IMG/VR virus record: IMGVR_UViG_3300045988_073070
Source: a virus
DNA: 64,000 nucleotides
Strand: one strand, 5' to 3'
The translations under genes were made by a program, and so were the position numbers. Every line of letters starts with the position of its first letter. The first letter of the stretch is position 1. The notes under the pieces were generated by a model that saw only the letters and a list, made by a program, of their open reading frames with translations, was not told the origin of the DNA and did no database searches. Shown one piece after another: positions 9,756-19,709 of the stretch.

Positions 9756-11430
9756 CAAACTATTAGCAGTTGGAGATATATTGATTGTAAACGTCCATTC
9801 TCAAATGAGTGGACGGGTTCAATTGTTATCCTTTGTAGATGACCTCACAGGAATTGATACCAATAGAAACATACAAAGAGAGTTCCGAATAACGGTTGAT
9901 GATACGTTCTGGACTGAATGGACAAATTTGACCGATGAGAATTTAGCAAAGACCGATTCAACGTTTGTTGATGGATTCTTTACAATTCAAGTTCGTTACA
10001 CACGCATAGGCTCTGACGAGACGGGAGAAATAGAGTTCAACAGTATTAACTTCTCAGGACACGTTGAACCCAAGATTTTAGTAGCACCTACAATCGAAGG
10101 CAGCATCTTCGCTGATACTATTAATGAGCCTGAATTAAAAGTCTTGGAAAGGAACATTTTCAAGAAATTATATTATCGTGGAATTTTACCTCAATATATC
10201 ATACGTGCCGACAATTCCGATATAAAAGAAGATAAGGACTTTGCTGACCTTTGGAGTTCGGTTGCTAAATTCTTTGGTTTGTTTATACGATTCTTCAAGA
10301 GATATGAAAATTTCAACGATGATTATTCTTTGTTGTATGAATACGTTCGACAGAATGGTTTGTATTTTGATGAGTCAAAAATAACTCTTGAAGATTTACA
10401 ATATTTAGCTCAGCACTTCTATGACCAGATTCGTCAAAGAGGAACGAATATGATATTCAAGAAAAAAGGAGATGTCTTGGCTGATGGAACTATTGTACCG
10501 ATTAATGGCGAATTTATTCGTTTGATGAGAACGAAGATATATGATGAGCTTTTGTATGAAGTCCTTCCTTTGAACAAAATAGGTTGGTGCGTTGGTCAAT
10601 CATCTCCGATGTGGAGAGGTACATCACGCTCCAAATTTTTGAATAAAACAAAAGAAGATACCGAGAATTTCCAAGACCTATCTAATTTTGTATTGAATCG
10701 TGAAGGCAATGCTTCATACGCTCTATCTACTTTTGATGGCAAACAAGTTTTGATGTTAAGAGCCAATACGGGTGGAACGGCAGGACTTGGAAGATTGGAT
10801 GAAGAACAAGACGTTTCAAACAATCTCTATATTGCCGATTCAAGAATGGATTATGAGATAACTTTCGCTTTCCGAATTTTGAGCACTTCCAGCGCAAATT
10901 CTCATTTACGTTTCGGAGTTGAGGGATTTGATTCATCAAAGAATAAATTGAACGATGCTTTCATTTTACCAAGTGGTGATTCTGTTTCTGAATCCTTCTT
11001 TGATATTGATACGCTGAATAAGCGAAAGGATTGCTGGTATTATGTTCGTGGAATCATACACGCCTATTCTACCCAGAATGTTGACGAGAATCCGAAAACT
11101 AATATTGGATTTGGGAACAACTTATATTTCAATAACTCTTTTGTCAAATATATATTGCCGAAGATTCAAGTCACTGGTACTTCCGATACCCAAATAGCAA
11201 TTTGGGATTATAAGATAAGACCTTTGGTGAGAGGAACAAATATATTGCCGTTGAAAGACGGTCAAGCGAACGCAATGAGCTTGGGATTTATTCAAAGTTC
11301 ACGTGTATTCTTTATATACGTTAAGAGCAATAACAATTCCTTGTCTCAACAAGAGTTGACCGAGATAGTAAACAAATATTTACTTCCGTTCAACTTCAAC
11401 ACCATTTATGTATATATTAACAATTTCTAA
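9745..11430 (+). CDS. baseplate-peripheral/tail fibre-like protein
   Basis: ATG at 9745 ('MKNNKLLAVGD'). The track's 9694 start would overlap the upstream gene for longer. 561 aa; call rests on synteny. Confidence 0.4.
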   Translation: MKNNKLLAVGDILIVNVHSQMSGRVQLLSFVDDLTGIDTNRNIQREFRITVDDTFWTEWTNLTDENLAKTDSTFVDGFFTIQVRYTRIGSDETGEIEFNSINFSGHVEPKILVAPTIEGSIFADTINEPELKVLERNIFKKLYYRGILPQYIIRADNSDIKEDKDFADLWSSVAKFFGLFIRFFKRYENFNDDYSLLYEYVRQNGLYFDESKITLEDLQYLAQHFYDQIRQRGTNMIFKKKGDVLADGTIVPINGEFIRLMRTKIYDELLYEVLPLNKIGWCVGQSSPMWRGTSRSKFLNKTKEDTENFQDLSNFVLNREGNASYALSTFDGKQVLMLRANTGGTAGLGRLDEEQDVSNNLYIADSRMDYEITFAFRILSTSSANSHLRFGVEGFDSSKNKLNDAFILPSGDSVSESFFDIDTLNKRKDCWYYVRGIIHAYSTQNVDENPKTNIGFGNNLYFNNSFVKYILPKIQVTGTSDTQIAIWDYKIRPLVRGTNILPLKDGQANAMSLGFIQSSRVFFIYVKSNNNSLSQQELTEIVNKYLLPFNFNTIYVYINNF

Positions 11431-11443
11431 AAATAAGAACGCT

Positions 11444-12823
11444 ATGTCAAAGTTGAAAATTAGTGAAAATTTATTCCTTGAAGTAGCGGAGCTGAACAGG
11501 CTTGTCCGATTCCTTAAAACAGAAGGATATGAGCAGCTTGTAAAGTCTATGGTAAAGTCATACGGAATAGTTAGCAATGCTGAAAATAACTATTACAAGG
11601 TGACTTCAAAGGTTGGTACTTCCAATAGTATCATTATCAATCCTGGCATTGCCTTTGATTCCCAGCTCCGAGCTATCAAAATGGAAAACTCACTGGACAT
11701 GACCATAACCAATACGGGTATGGTACGTTGGTTGATTTTGCAATATAAATCTACCAATTTTGAGAAAGGAACGGTTGCTGTAACCGCTGACGGAACGATT
11801 CAAGGAACAGGAACAGCTTTCACAGAAGTATTAAGAGGACAACCAAACTTTCCAACGAAAGTAGTTTTCAATTCTTCTACCAATACAGAAGAATATGAAG
11901 TTGTATCGGTAACCAATGATAATTCGGCAATCCTTTCAGGCTCTTTCATTCCCGAAGCTGGTTTGAGGTATTCTGTTGTTGGAGCTTTCACACCTGGTTT
12001 TGAACCGACCGAAGAAAACAAAAGAATTTATGAAATGGATAGTTATGAAATAACCATCATAGATTCGGCTGACGTTCCTTCCTTGACTGCTGACCAATTC
12101 GTTTTGGCTTCAATAGAGTTTTCTGGCAATGGTATGATAATAACCGACAGACGGTCAGGATATATGTTTAATAGCTCAAGTTACACGGGCGGTATCAAGC
12201 CGACTACGGATGAGCTTGTAAGTTTGTTGAGGATTCAAAGGATTCAAACAAACCTTTTGGAAGTTTCTATTGAACATGGATATTCCATAACGGGTTTTGA
12301 AGTAATAGAAACCACAACGGCAACGATATTCCGAATAAAAGCAGGTAGTAGCAATTTCTTGGGCACTGGAGCTATTCCCAACAGTATGTTCAAGAATTGG
12401 GTATTGATTAACAAAAATACTTTGAAAAAAGTAGCTATTGACGACAATACCGACCATGACTTGTATATCTCCAAATTTGATGAGGACGTTATCGCAGGGG
12501 ACGTATCGCAATTTGCTGTTTGTCCACCATATCCAGAATTGGAATACCGAATTTCATACGCTGGAGATAGTGTTTCGGCAGCTCCTTCTTTCCATCTGGT
12601 TACGCAAGGAAGTAATGCGAACAAAATATTGATTCCCGTTCCGTATGGAGTTATAACAATCAGTTTGCGTTTTCGTCTTATTGACGGAGATGAATCAACT
12701 CCTTGGCAAAAATTCTCAATAGCCGAATATGTCAACGAGAACGGAGAAAAGCAAATGATTGGAGATTCTCAATTTATAATCACGGTGAACGAGCCTGTTG
12801 TTGAACTCAGAAATTATTCGTAA
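11444..12823 (+). CDS. tail fibre-like structural protein
   Basis: ATG at 11444 ('MSKLKISENLF') lies after the upstream stop at 11430. 459 aa. Confidence 0.35.
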   Translation: MSKLKISENLFLEVAELNRLVRFLKTEGYEQLVKSMVKSYGIVSNAENNYYKVTSKVGTSNSIIINPGIAFDSQLRAIKMENSLDMTITNTGMVRWLILQYKSTNFEKGTVAVTADGTIQGTGTAFTEVLRGQPNFPTKVVFNSSTNTEEYEVVSVTNDNSAILSGSFIPEAGLRYSVVGAFTPGFEPTEENKRIYEMDSYEITIIDSADVPSLTADQFVLASIEFSGNGMIITDRRSGYMFNSSSYTGGIKPTTDELVSLLRIQRIQTNLLEVSIEHGYSITGFEVIETTTATIFRIKAGSSNFLGTGAIPNSMFKNWVLINKNTLKKVAIDDNTDHDLYISKFDEDVIAGDVSQFAVCPPYPELEYRISYAGDSVSAAPSFHLVTQGSNANKILIPVPYGVITISLRFRLIDGDESTPWQKFSIAEYVNENGEKQMIGDSQFIITVNEPVVELRNYS

Positions 12824-12827
12824 AGAT

Positions 12828-13727
12828 ATGATGATATATTTAACAGGTGCACAAGCACCATTAACAAAGTCTGACTGGGCAAGTCCCCAGTCAGACGTTA
12901 ATAAGAGTTTGGGTGGGTATGTTTCTTCAACTACAGTTCCCAACGGAGCTTTGAATGTAGTCTTTGACCTTATTTCTTCTTATACTTTGGAGAAGCGTAC
13001 ACCTGAAACTCTTGCTTTTGCGTTGATAAACAAGTTCGATAAACCTGTTAAAGACGTTGAGCTGAAACTTGTAACAGATGAAGGAAATTTGGCTATGTTC
13101 AAGATAGCAGCCGTTTCAGTGGATTCCGAGACTATGGCAATGGAACATATTGCTAATAGATATGAACAGCCGATTAATGCCGAGTTTCATGACGCTTCTT
13201 TCTATCGAGCAGCTGTTGACGTTCGTATCGTTACGCCAGCCGTTAAGGGGGAAGAAATTGTATTTTATCCGATGAACGTTGTTGTGGAAGTAAAAGAAAG
13301 CGGATTGGAAGGAACATGGGAAGCAATTTGCGATGCTTTTGACGATGATGACACCTATCGGGCGAAACGACTTACAGCTGATACTTTCAGAATCGAAAGA
13401 AGGGATGAAACGGTGCTTTCCGAGCCGTTACCATGCTCTTTTATATCCACGGAAGGTTCTTCCTTCATTTTCGATGGAGAATTGCGTAACAAGGCAAATA
13501 ACACTGTTCTTTTATCTGATGAACTTGCGGCAGGAGCTTGCATTGGAATTTGGGTTCAAAGACGTATTAAACGCACCAAAGGATTATCCAACGAAGAAAT
13601 ACTCAAAAACTACAAAGATAAGTTTAATTATCCGACTATTGAAGAGGTTGATTTGGTTATCAATTATAACGAAGTTGAAGACGATAAGAACTATCAGGAA
13701 AACGAGTACGATGAAGAATATTCATAA
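12828..13727 (+). CDS. tail-module structural protein
   Basis: ATG at 12828 lies after the upstream stop at 12823. Acidic C-terminus. Confidence 0.35.
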   Translation: MMIYLTGAQAPLTKSDWASPQSDVNKSLGGYVSSTTVPNGALNVVFDLISSYTLEKRTPETLAFALINKFDKPVKDVELKLVTDEGNLAMFKIAAVSVDSETMAMEHIANRYEQPINAEFHDASFYRAAVDVRIVTPAVKGEEIVFYPMNVVVEVKESGLEGTWEAICDAFDDDDTYRAKRLTADTFRIERRDETVLSEPLPCSFISTEGSSFIFDGELRNKANNTVLLSDELAAGACIGIWVQRRIKRTKGLSNEEILKNYKDKFNYPTIEEVDLVINYNEVEDDKNYQENEYDEEYS

Positions 13728-13750
13728 TTTATAAATAATTTACAACGATT

Positions 13751-16700
13751 ATGGCGGGTTATAATGACACGAAGGCAATGATTATCAGTACCCTTATGGG
13801 AAGACCTGCGGGTACTGAAATTCAGCCTGAAAATCAACAAGCGTATGAGTTAAATATGCTTGACTACATTCGGAGCTTGGAATTGATTTCAAGCAGTTCT
13901 ATTATCGGAGTGGCTGACGAATCAACAACTCCGGTGCAACCCGATAATGCAAGGGTGAGTTATATTGCGGGAGTTGCTCAAAATAGAACAGTTACTTTCC
14001 AAAATTTTATAGGACAAAATGGTCAGCCATTGTCGATTACTACGAGTGATATGGAAGCCTATCTTGTAATATTACTTTGGAATGCTCAATATTGGACAAT
14101 GCAGGCAATTCCAACAAATATAATAAGTTCGGCAGAAACGGCTTATTTTTATTACAATTACAACATACGAAAGACATACACATCAGTATCGGCAATGAAC
14201 GCTGATTCTGTCAATCCTATTGGAGTTGATGGAAAGCCTATAAAAGTCGGTGATTTAGTTAGCATTGTTAATAGCAATAATAGTAGTGAGAATGGAATGT
14301 ATAGTTACACTGGTTCAGAGTGGCAATTCCAAACAAGTTATAATTTTCAGTTAGTTCAATCATTAGGCAATGACCCAAATGTTGGCGTATCTCAACAAGG
14401 ATTAACGAAAGTGATAAATCGCTCAAATGTTGTTAACCCATCATCCATAAATTGGGTATCTGGCTCATATATCAATACAACTGGCGGAACGACTAATAAT
14501 TCAACTTTCTCTCATAGTGAAAATTATATTGATATTTCAGGAGCTATTTCCATAGACATAACATCAATATTTTATACAAACGCTTGCTTGGCATTTTATG
14601 ACGAAAATCAAACTTTCATTTCAAATATTCAAGAAAGCAGCGGTAATGATACAACCGTGATTAGAAAATCTTACGGAGTTCCTTTCAGAGCAAAATATAT
14701 TCGTATATCTTGTTTAACTTCTTTCAAAGATTATTGCATATTGTCGTTTACTTCCAATTCTGATTTGAAATCAATTGGAAATATTAAAGCTGCATTTGCT
14801 ATTCCGAGAATAAACTTCACAAAAAGAAGTCCATTAAAGTGGGATGACTTAATCACAGTCAATAATTCCACTGGAACTGTAACTTTCAATACTCCGAGTG
14901 TGGTTTTTGGATTGCCTTACAATAATTCAAATTATATTCGTTTTGATAATTTTCAAATTCAATTCGATATAACGAAAGAATGGGGCGTTGCTTGTGTTCG
15001 TGTTCCCGCTAATTGGTTAAGCGGTACGAATCAAGCGGTATTACTGAATACGGCTGACGTGGAATTGCATTATTATGGAGATGCTTGGGAGTTGACGCCT
15101 GACCGAATACCGCTTTGGTTTTGGAATAAAAATACTGGTAATTTATTTTCTCCGTATTTTTCTCTGTTGATGATTACTGAAAATTATCCTTCTCTTGTTA
15201 CTACTGTAAGTGGACTAAATGCTCAGTTTGTCAAACTGAGCGGATATTTTAATTCAGCATTTGAAATTAAGCAAGAGCCGCAATATGACGGTATTTTTGT
15301 AAAAGCAGGAGTTGGATATTGGACAGCCGCAGTTGGTAGTCCAATAGCAATCAATCCTGCCGCATCTTATTATTACATGAACATAATGGATGTAACTCCT
15401 GGTCAAAGATTACGTCTTTCTGGTTTTTATACTCCGCAATCTGGTATAGGGATATGTGCTTATATAGATGCAAACGGCAATTATCTTTCAAGACTTTCTT
15501 CAGGAGCTAACTTTGCTACTGGAGAATATGATGTTAAGATTCCAGATAACGTTTATAAAATAGGTATATATTTTAATAATACAGGCGGTTCAGCATGGCC
15601 AGTTGAAAATGCTAAAATTATATTGGGCGATTATTCTATAAAATTATTAGCTGAAGCCCTTCCAGAAGGATTGGAAGATTTAGCAAATATTCCTACGAGA
15701 GTTGCTGATTTGGAAAATGTTGAAGATTTTTGTTATGACGTTAAACAGCAAAAAGTTTACGATTATGAACTTTACGGCAAAGGAGTTTGGCAATCAACGG
15801 GTCAAGTTGTAGGACAACCAGTATTATTATCAGCAAGTGAAAATTACGATGCTCAACCGTTAATTTCAGTAAAACAGGGCGATTATGTTAACGTAAAGGG
15901 AGTATATTCTGCGAGTTCTGGAGTAGGATGTTTCGCATTAATAGATGCAAACGGCAATTATCTTGGTAGAAAGAATTTCGGTAATGCCATTGAATCAGAT
16001 TCAGTTTTGGGTAACTATAAGTTTCTCATTGATAATGCTGCTACTGTTAAAATAGGTTGGTATATTGATAATAGACAATCCGAAACTTTTCCACCTGCTA
16101 ATGCTAAAATTATATTGAACGAAGGTGATTTAACTTTATCTTTGACAGATGAGTACAAGACTGTTTTAGAAGAAAGTTTGAAATTAAATCCAGAAAGTGA
16201 AATGGATTTAGTTGCTCAAATGTATAATCGTGGAGCAACTAATAAGAAAGCTAACACAAAGAAGAAATGTATTTTGATTTGGGGCCAAAGTAATGCTGAT
16301 GGACGAGATGCTTTGGCAGATGCTCCGCAATACATAAAAGACTTGAATTACATTTTGCCCAAAGCTCAACTTTGTAATAATGCAGCTGGTACGTTCGCTG
16401 TATGGAATCAAACTACTGCTTGGGCGTTCAAATTGATAACGGCTTATTATTTAACTGAAGTAGATAATGAGGAATGTTATTTTATCAATTTGACTGTTGG
16501 CGGTACAAGTATGGCGGAAACAGGAACAACTACTCAGCACTGGACGCCGTTCTTCGATAAATTAGCATCCACAGATACTTCATTGTTGAGAAATCTTGAA
16601 GATAGAACAAGAAATGCTTTGAAAGCTCTTTCGGATGAATTTGAAATCGTTGGTATCATAGGTCATCAAGGAGAAGGTGACAAAGACGCAGTTTCAGCAG

Positions 16701-17530
16701 CTCAATATCATAAAAATTTGATATGTTTTATATCTTATTTAAGAGGCGTTGTTGGAAACCCTTATTTGCCTTTTGTTTCGGGAACTATTCCACATCTTTC
16801 GAGTTCTTATAATAAGGTGGTTGAGGAAGCTCAATTGCAGGCTATGCGAGAGGACTATTATACATATTATGTAGATTTGTCCCAAGGAACAATGTTTGAC
16901 GGTTTGCACTTTGATGCGGCAACTTCTGAATATTTCGGTATTTCTGTTTATAATAAGTTGAAAGAATACTTCGCATTAGCAGCATTGAGAAAATTATACA
17001 ACGATAAACCTGTTTTGCAAAACAACTCTGGACAAATAAAAGTAGGTTATACAGGATTATCAAGAACTAATTTTGTAAATGGTACTGTATATGCCCTTCC
17101 TTTTAATACGGCAGTAGCTACGGTTGCCCCTTCTCCGCTGACTAAATATCCATATGGCAGTGTTAAAAGTTATGCTGCTATGTATTCATCTTCATCAAGA
17201 AAATTGAGAGAGAACAATGTTTATGGACAAGTTCATCGTTGGAGAATTCAAGCAACCTATTCAGGAAAGGCTTCTGCTAATAATGGTCAATTGGAGTTTC
17301 GTTTGAACAATACGGTAAGCGGATTTATTGTAACATCTGAAATTACATTACCAAGCGGATTAACAGAGGGAAATATAACTTGCGAATTAACCACAATAGC
17401 GGACAGCAATTCATTGTCTGGAACTAATGGTTATGTTCTGGAAGTTATAAGTTCATTCACTGACGCTAATTTAGTTGTCAATGTTACTTCTATAACGAGA
17501 ATAAGCGAAGCAACTGAAAATGTGTCGTAG
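13751..17530 (+). CDS. tail fibre/receptor-binding protein with internal CBM-like repeats and a sialate O-acetylesterase-like (SASA/DUF303) domain
   Basis: 1259 aa. 'ILIWGQSNADGRD' (Ser at 16289-16291), 'GHQGEGD' and 'DGLHFD' (His at 16907-16909) match the GQSN / QGExD / DxxH esterase pattern. Duplicated domains contain 'IDANGNYL'. Confidence 0.75.
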   Translation: MAGYNDTKAMIISTLMGRPAGTEIQPENQQAYELNMLDYIRSLELISSSSIIGVADESTTPVQPDNARVSYIAGVAQNRTVTFQNFIGQNGQPLSITTSDMEAYLVILLWNAQYWTMQAIPTNIISSAETAYFYYNYNIRKTYTSVSAMNADSVNPIGVDGKPIKVGDLVSIVNSNNSSENGMYSYTGSEWQFQTSYNFQLVQSLGNDPNVGVSQQGLTKVINRSNVVNPSSINWVSGSYINTTGGTTNNSTFSHSENYIDISGAISIDITSIFYTNACLAFYDENQTFISNIQESSGNDTTVIRKSYGVPFRAKYIRISCLTSFKDYCILSFTSNSDLKSIGNIKAAFAIPRINFTKRSPLKWDDLITVNNSTGTVTFNTPSVVFGLPYNNSNYIRFDNFQIQFDITKEWGVACVRVPANWLSGTNQAVLLNTADVELHYYGDAWELTPDRIPLWFWNKNTGNLFSPYFSLLMITENYPSLVTTVSGLNAQFVKLSGYFNSAFEIKQEPQYDGIFVKAGVGYWTAAVGSPIAINPAASYYYMNIMDVTPGQRLRLSGFYTPQSGIGICAYIDANGNYLSRLSSGANFATGEYDVKIPDNVYKIGIYFNNTGGSAWPVENAKIILGDYSIKLLAEALPEGLEDLANIPTRVADLENVEDFCYDVKQQKVYDYELYGKGVWQSTGQVVGQPVLLSASENYDAQPLISVKQGDYVNVKGVYSASSGVGCFALIDANGNYLGRKNFGNAIESDSVLGNYKFLIDNAATVKIGWYIDNRQSETFPPANAKIILNEGDLTLSLTDEYKTVLEESLKLNPESEMDLVAQMYNRGATNKKANTKKKCILIWGQSNADGRDALADAPQYIKDLNYILPKAQLCNNAAGTFAVWNQTTAWAFKLITAYYLTEVDNEECYFINLTVGGTSMAETGTTTQHWTPFFDKLASTDTSLLRNLEDRTRNALKALSDEFEIVGIIGHQGEGDKDAVSAAQYHKNLICFISYLRGVVGNPYLPFVSGTIPHLSSSYNKVVEEAQLQAMREDYYTYYVDLSQGTMFDGLHFDAATSEYFGISVYNKLKEYFALAALRKLYNDKPVLQNNSGQIKVGYTGLSRTNFVNGTVYALPFNTAVATVAPSPLTKYPYGSVKSYAAMYSSSSRKLRENNVYGQVHRWRIQATYSGKASANNGQLEFRLNNTVSGFIVTSEITLPSGLTEGNITCELTTIADSNSLSGTNGYVLEVISSFTDANLVVNVTSITRISEATENVS
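15243..15640 (+). repeat. intragenic domain repeat, copy 2 (CBM-like) of the tail fibre
   Basis: Shares 'G(I/V)G(I)CA(Y/L)IDANGNYL', 'KIG(I/W)Y' and 'NAKIIL' with copy 3. Identical 24-mer 'atagatgcaaacggcaattatctt' and 18-mer 'aatgctaaaattatattg'. Confidence 0.8.
15766..16140 (+). repeat. intragenic domain repeat, copy 3 (CBM-like) of the tail fibre
   Basis: See copy 2. A weaker possible copy 1 lies at about 14461-14715. Confidence 0.8.
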
Positions 17531-17558
17531 TGTATTGCTTAAATAAGTGAAGTTAATT

Positions 17559-17597
17559 AAGAGACGGGAGTGTATTGCTTTCGTCTCTTTTTCTTTT
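17559..17597 (+). terminator. rho-independent terminator after the tail fibre gene
   Basis: Stem GAGACG (17561-17566) / CGTCTC (17582-17587), followed by TTTTTCTTTT. Confidence 0.7.
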
Positions 17598-17766
17598 GTA
17601 TTCGTGCTATCGTATATCGGTGAAGGGAAATTATCACGGTTAATAATAGCAGTGCCGAGCAAGCATGAAAATGCTCACTATCCGAAGCGAGGTTCAAAGT
17701 TATAAACGGAGCGTGAACGTCTTCACCAGTAACGCCAATTAAAATCGCAGCACTGTCCTTTATCAA

Positions 17767-17873
17767 ACGGGGGTAAATTTCTGACAACTGCGTACTCATA
17801 CCCAAGTAAATTGATTGTTTAACAAAAAGGGGGAACGGGGGTCAAAATTTCTTTGCTTCTCACCCCAAGTAAA
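17767..17873 (+). repeat. imperfect direct repeat containing G5 boxes (ACGGGGGT.AAATTTCT...TCAyACCCAAGTAAA, two copies)
   Basis: Copy A starts at 17767 and ends at 17810; copy B starts at 17835 and ends at 17873. G5 runs at 17769, 17829 and 17837 in an otherwise AT-rich genome. Confidence 0.7.
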
Positions 17874-17887
17874 ATTCAAAGATTGCG

Positions 17888-18253
17888 ATGAAGAAAACAG
17901 TTTGGAGCATATTTCGGGATTTGGTCAACTCCAAAGAGGTTGGCACCGAAATTACAAGGCAAGAGATTCTTGACGAAATAGAACGACAACTCATTGAGTA
18001 TGGAACGTTCATTGAAACAAAAGGAGTAAAACGAGCAAGATTTTCATCAGTTACGTTGGATTGTGCTCGCAATATGGCTACGGGCAGATATTATCTTGAA
18101 AAGACCGAGCGAGTTGGTCACTATAAGATAATTTGTCATTTTCCGCCAGATTACACCGTGTCGCAGTTGAGACGAGATTACGACCGAGAAATGGCGATGA
18201 TGGCTGAAAGAAATAATCATGGTAGCAATTGTAAAGATAAATCGGATAAATAA
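17888..18253 (+). CDS. hypothetical protein (first gene of the replication block)
   Basis: 121-aa ORF downstream of the noncoding island. Confidence 0.4.
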   Translation: MKKTVWSIFRDLVNSKEVGTEITRQEILDEIERQLIEYGTFIETKGVKRARFSSVTLDCARNMATGRYYLEKTERVGHYKIICHFPPDYTVSQLRRDYDREMAMMAERNNHGSNCKDKSDK

Positions 18254-19709
18254 TTTGACTTATTCGTTCAAGCTATCTACCAAAGAAGGTATAAGGCATG
18301 TTGCGAAAGCATTAACGTTTCGCAATCCAGACCCATTTGCGTATAGTAGCAGAATAGAGAAGTTTGATAAAAAGAAGTTTACGTTCAAAATAGGCATGAT
18401 GCCAACGCTTGAACGTTATTTAACCAAGAAAGGCGTTGAGTACGAAGTAGAGGACTACGCATTTGATTTGCCCGTTGGGGTTGAAGTGGATGACCGAATG
18501 ACGGGCAAATACATTCACCAAAAGAGAGCCGTTGAAGCATTCTTCCGAAAGAGGTTTGGAATCATAGTTGTCCCAACGAGAGGCGGAAAGACTTTCATTG
18601 CTTCCGAGATTTGCCGAATATTCTTGAATACGGATGACGGCAAATTTTTATTCCTTACAGATAACACAACGTTGTTTAATCAAGCTGTTGGAGACTTACA
18701 AGAGTTCTTCCAGAGATACGGTGGTGTAGAGGTAGGAGAGATAAAAGCTGGCAAGATTGACACTGGCAAGCGCGTAACTGTTGGAATGATTCAAACCGTC
18801 CAAAGTACACTATCGAAGCGTTGTAAGGACAAAAAGAAGAAAGCGGAGCTGACGAAGTATTTGCGTGAGTTGAAGTTTCTTTGTGTCGATGAGATACATG
18901 ATAACTGCTCCGATTCCAAATTGTCGATATACAAGAAGTGTAAGCGGTTGGAATATCAACTTTGTCTTTCAGCAACTCCGTATCGCACGGGAGCTTTGGT
19001 GCAAAATTTGAAGCTCAAGGAATGGAGTGGTGATGTTGTTTATACAATAACCGAAGCAAAGTTGAGGAAACGAAAAGTGTTGTCGGATTACAAAGTGTTC
19101 ATGCTTTTGGTAAATCATAACAATCTTGAATACGATACGAAGGTTGATGATTATGACCAATACCGAAAGGACTTGATATTTCATTCAGCCTATCGGAACG
19201 GGGTATTGCGTATGGTGGTTAAGATTCTACGGAGATTGAACCTGAAAACTTTACTACTATTCCAATCGAAAGAGCATGGCTACACGATGGAACGGCTCAC
19301 GGGCATACCTTTTATCTGCGGTGATAATACGGGTGAGGAAAGAGAGGAAGCAAAAGAAGCCTTCTTGGAAGGAAAAGGCGGTATGTTGTCTGCTTCGGGG
19401 ATATTCAAGAAAGGCGTAACACTTCCAGCCGTGGAAGTAATGATTAACGTAGATGGCGGATTGGAAGATGCTAATACGATTCAGAAAAAAGGGCGTGTTC
19501 TTGGAGCTACCAAAGATAAACAACGGAGCTTGATAATAGACTTCTTTGACGAGTTTGACGCATACTTCTCAGACCATTCGGGGGCAAGGTTACAGACCTA
19601 TATTGACGCTATCGGAGAGAAGCGTGTGGGAATCCTTGATACCGAAATTGACGATTGCTACGAGACTTTGGAACGATGGATTAAAAGGTGGTTCAAATTA
19701 GATGAATAG
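18219..19709 (+). CDS. superfamily 2 DNA helicase (DEAD/DEAH, Res-subunit-like)
   Basis: Motif I 'VVPTRGGKTFIA', motif II 'CVDEIHD', motif III 'LSATP', motif VI 'QKKGRVLG'. Confidence 0.8.
   Translation: MVAIVKINRINNLTYSFKLSTKEGIRHVAKALTFRNPDPFAYSSRIEKFDKKKFTFKIGMMPTLERYLTKKGVEYEVEDYAFDLPVGVEVDDRMTGKYIHQKRAVEAFFRKRFGIIVVPTRGGKTFIASEICRIFLNTDDGKFLFLTDNTTLFNQAVGDLQEFFQRYGGVEVGEIKAGKIDTGKRVTVGMIQTVQSTLSKRCKDKKKKAELTKYLRELKFLCVDEIHDNCSDSKLSIYKKCKRLEYQLCLSATPYRTGALVQNLKLKEWSGDVVYTITEAKLRKRKVLSDYKVFMLLVNHNNLEYDTKVDDYDQYRKDLIFHSAYRNGVLRMVVKILRRLNLKTLLLFQSKEHGYTMERLTGIPFICGDNTGEEREEAKEAFLEGKGGMLSASGIFKKGVTLPAVEVMINVDGGLEDANTIQKKGRVLGATKDKQRSLIIDFFDEFDAYFSDHSGARLQTYIDAIGEKRVGILDTEIDDCYETLERWIKRWFKLDE

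Noticed and set aside
13333-13734. 133-aa alternative-frame + strand ORF overlapping the tail gene at 12828-13727.
   Set aside because: It is fully nested in a longer ORF that fits the operon spacing, and its composition (K/L/I-rich) is typical of an off-frame reading of AT-rich coding DNA.
15243-16140. Whether the tail-fibre internal repeats are a diversity-generating retroelement template/variable-region pair.
   Set aside because: There is no reverse transcriptase or accessory gene in the window. The two copies differ throughout, not specifically at adenine positions, and both lie in-frame as tandem protein domains.
17685-17705. tRNA-like 'GAGGTTCAAAGTT' (T-loop-like) in the 17.5-17.9 kb gap.
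   Set aside because: There is no complementary T-stem, acceptor stem or anticodon arm around it. I found no tRNA in any intergenic gap by eye. A tRNAscan-SE run would settle this.
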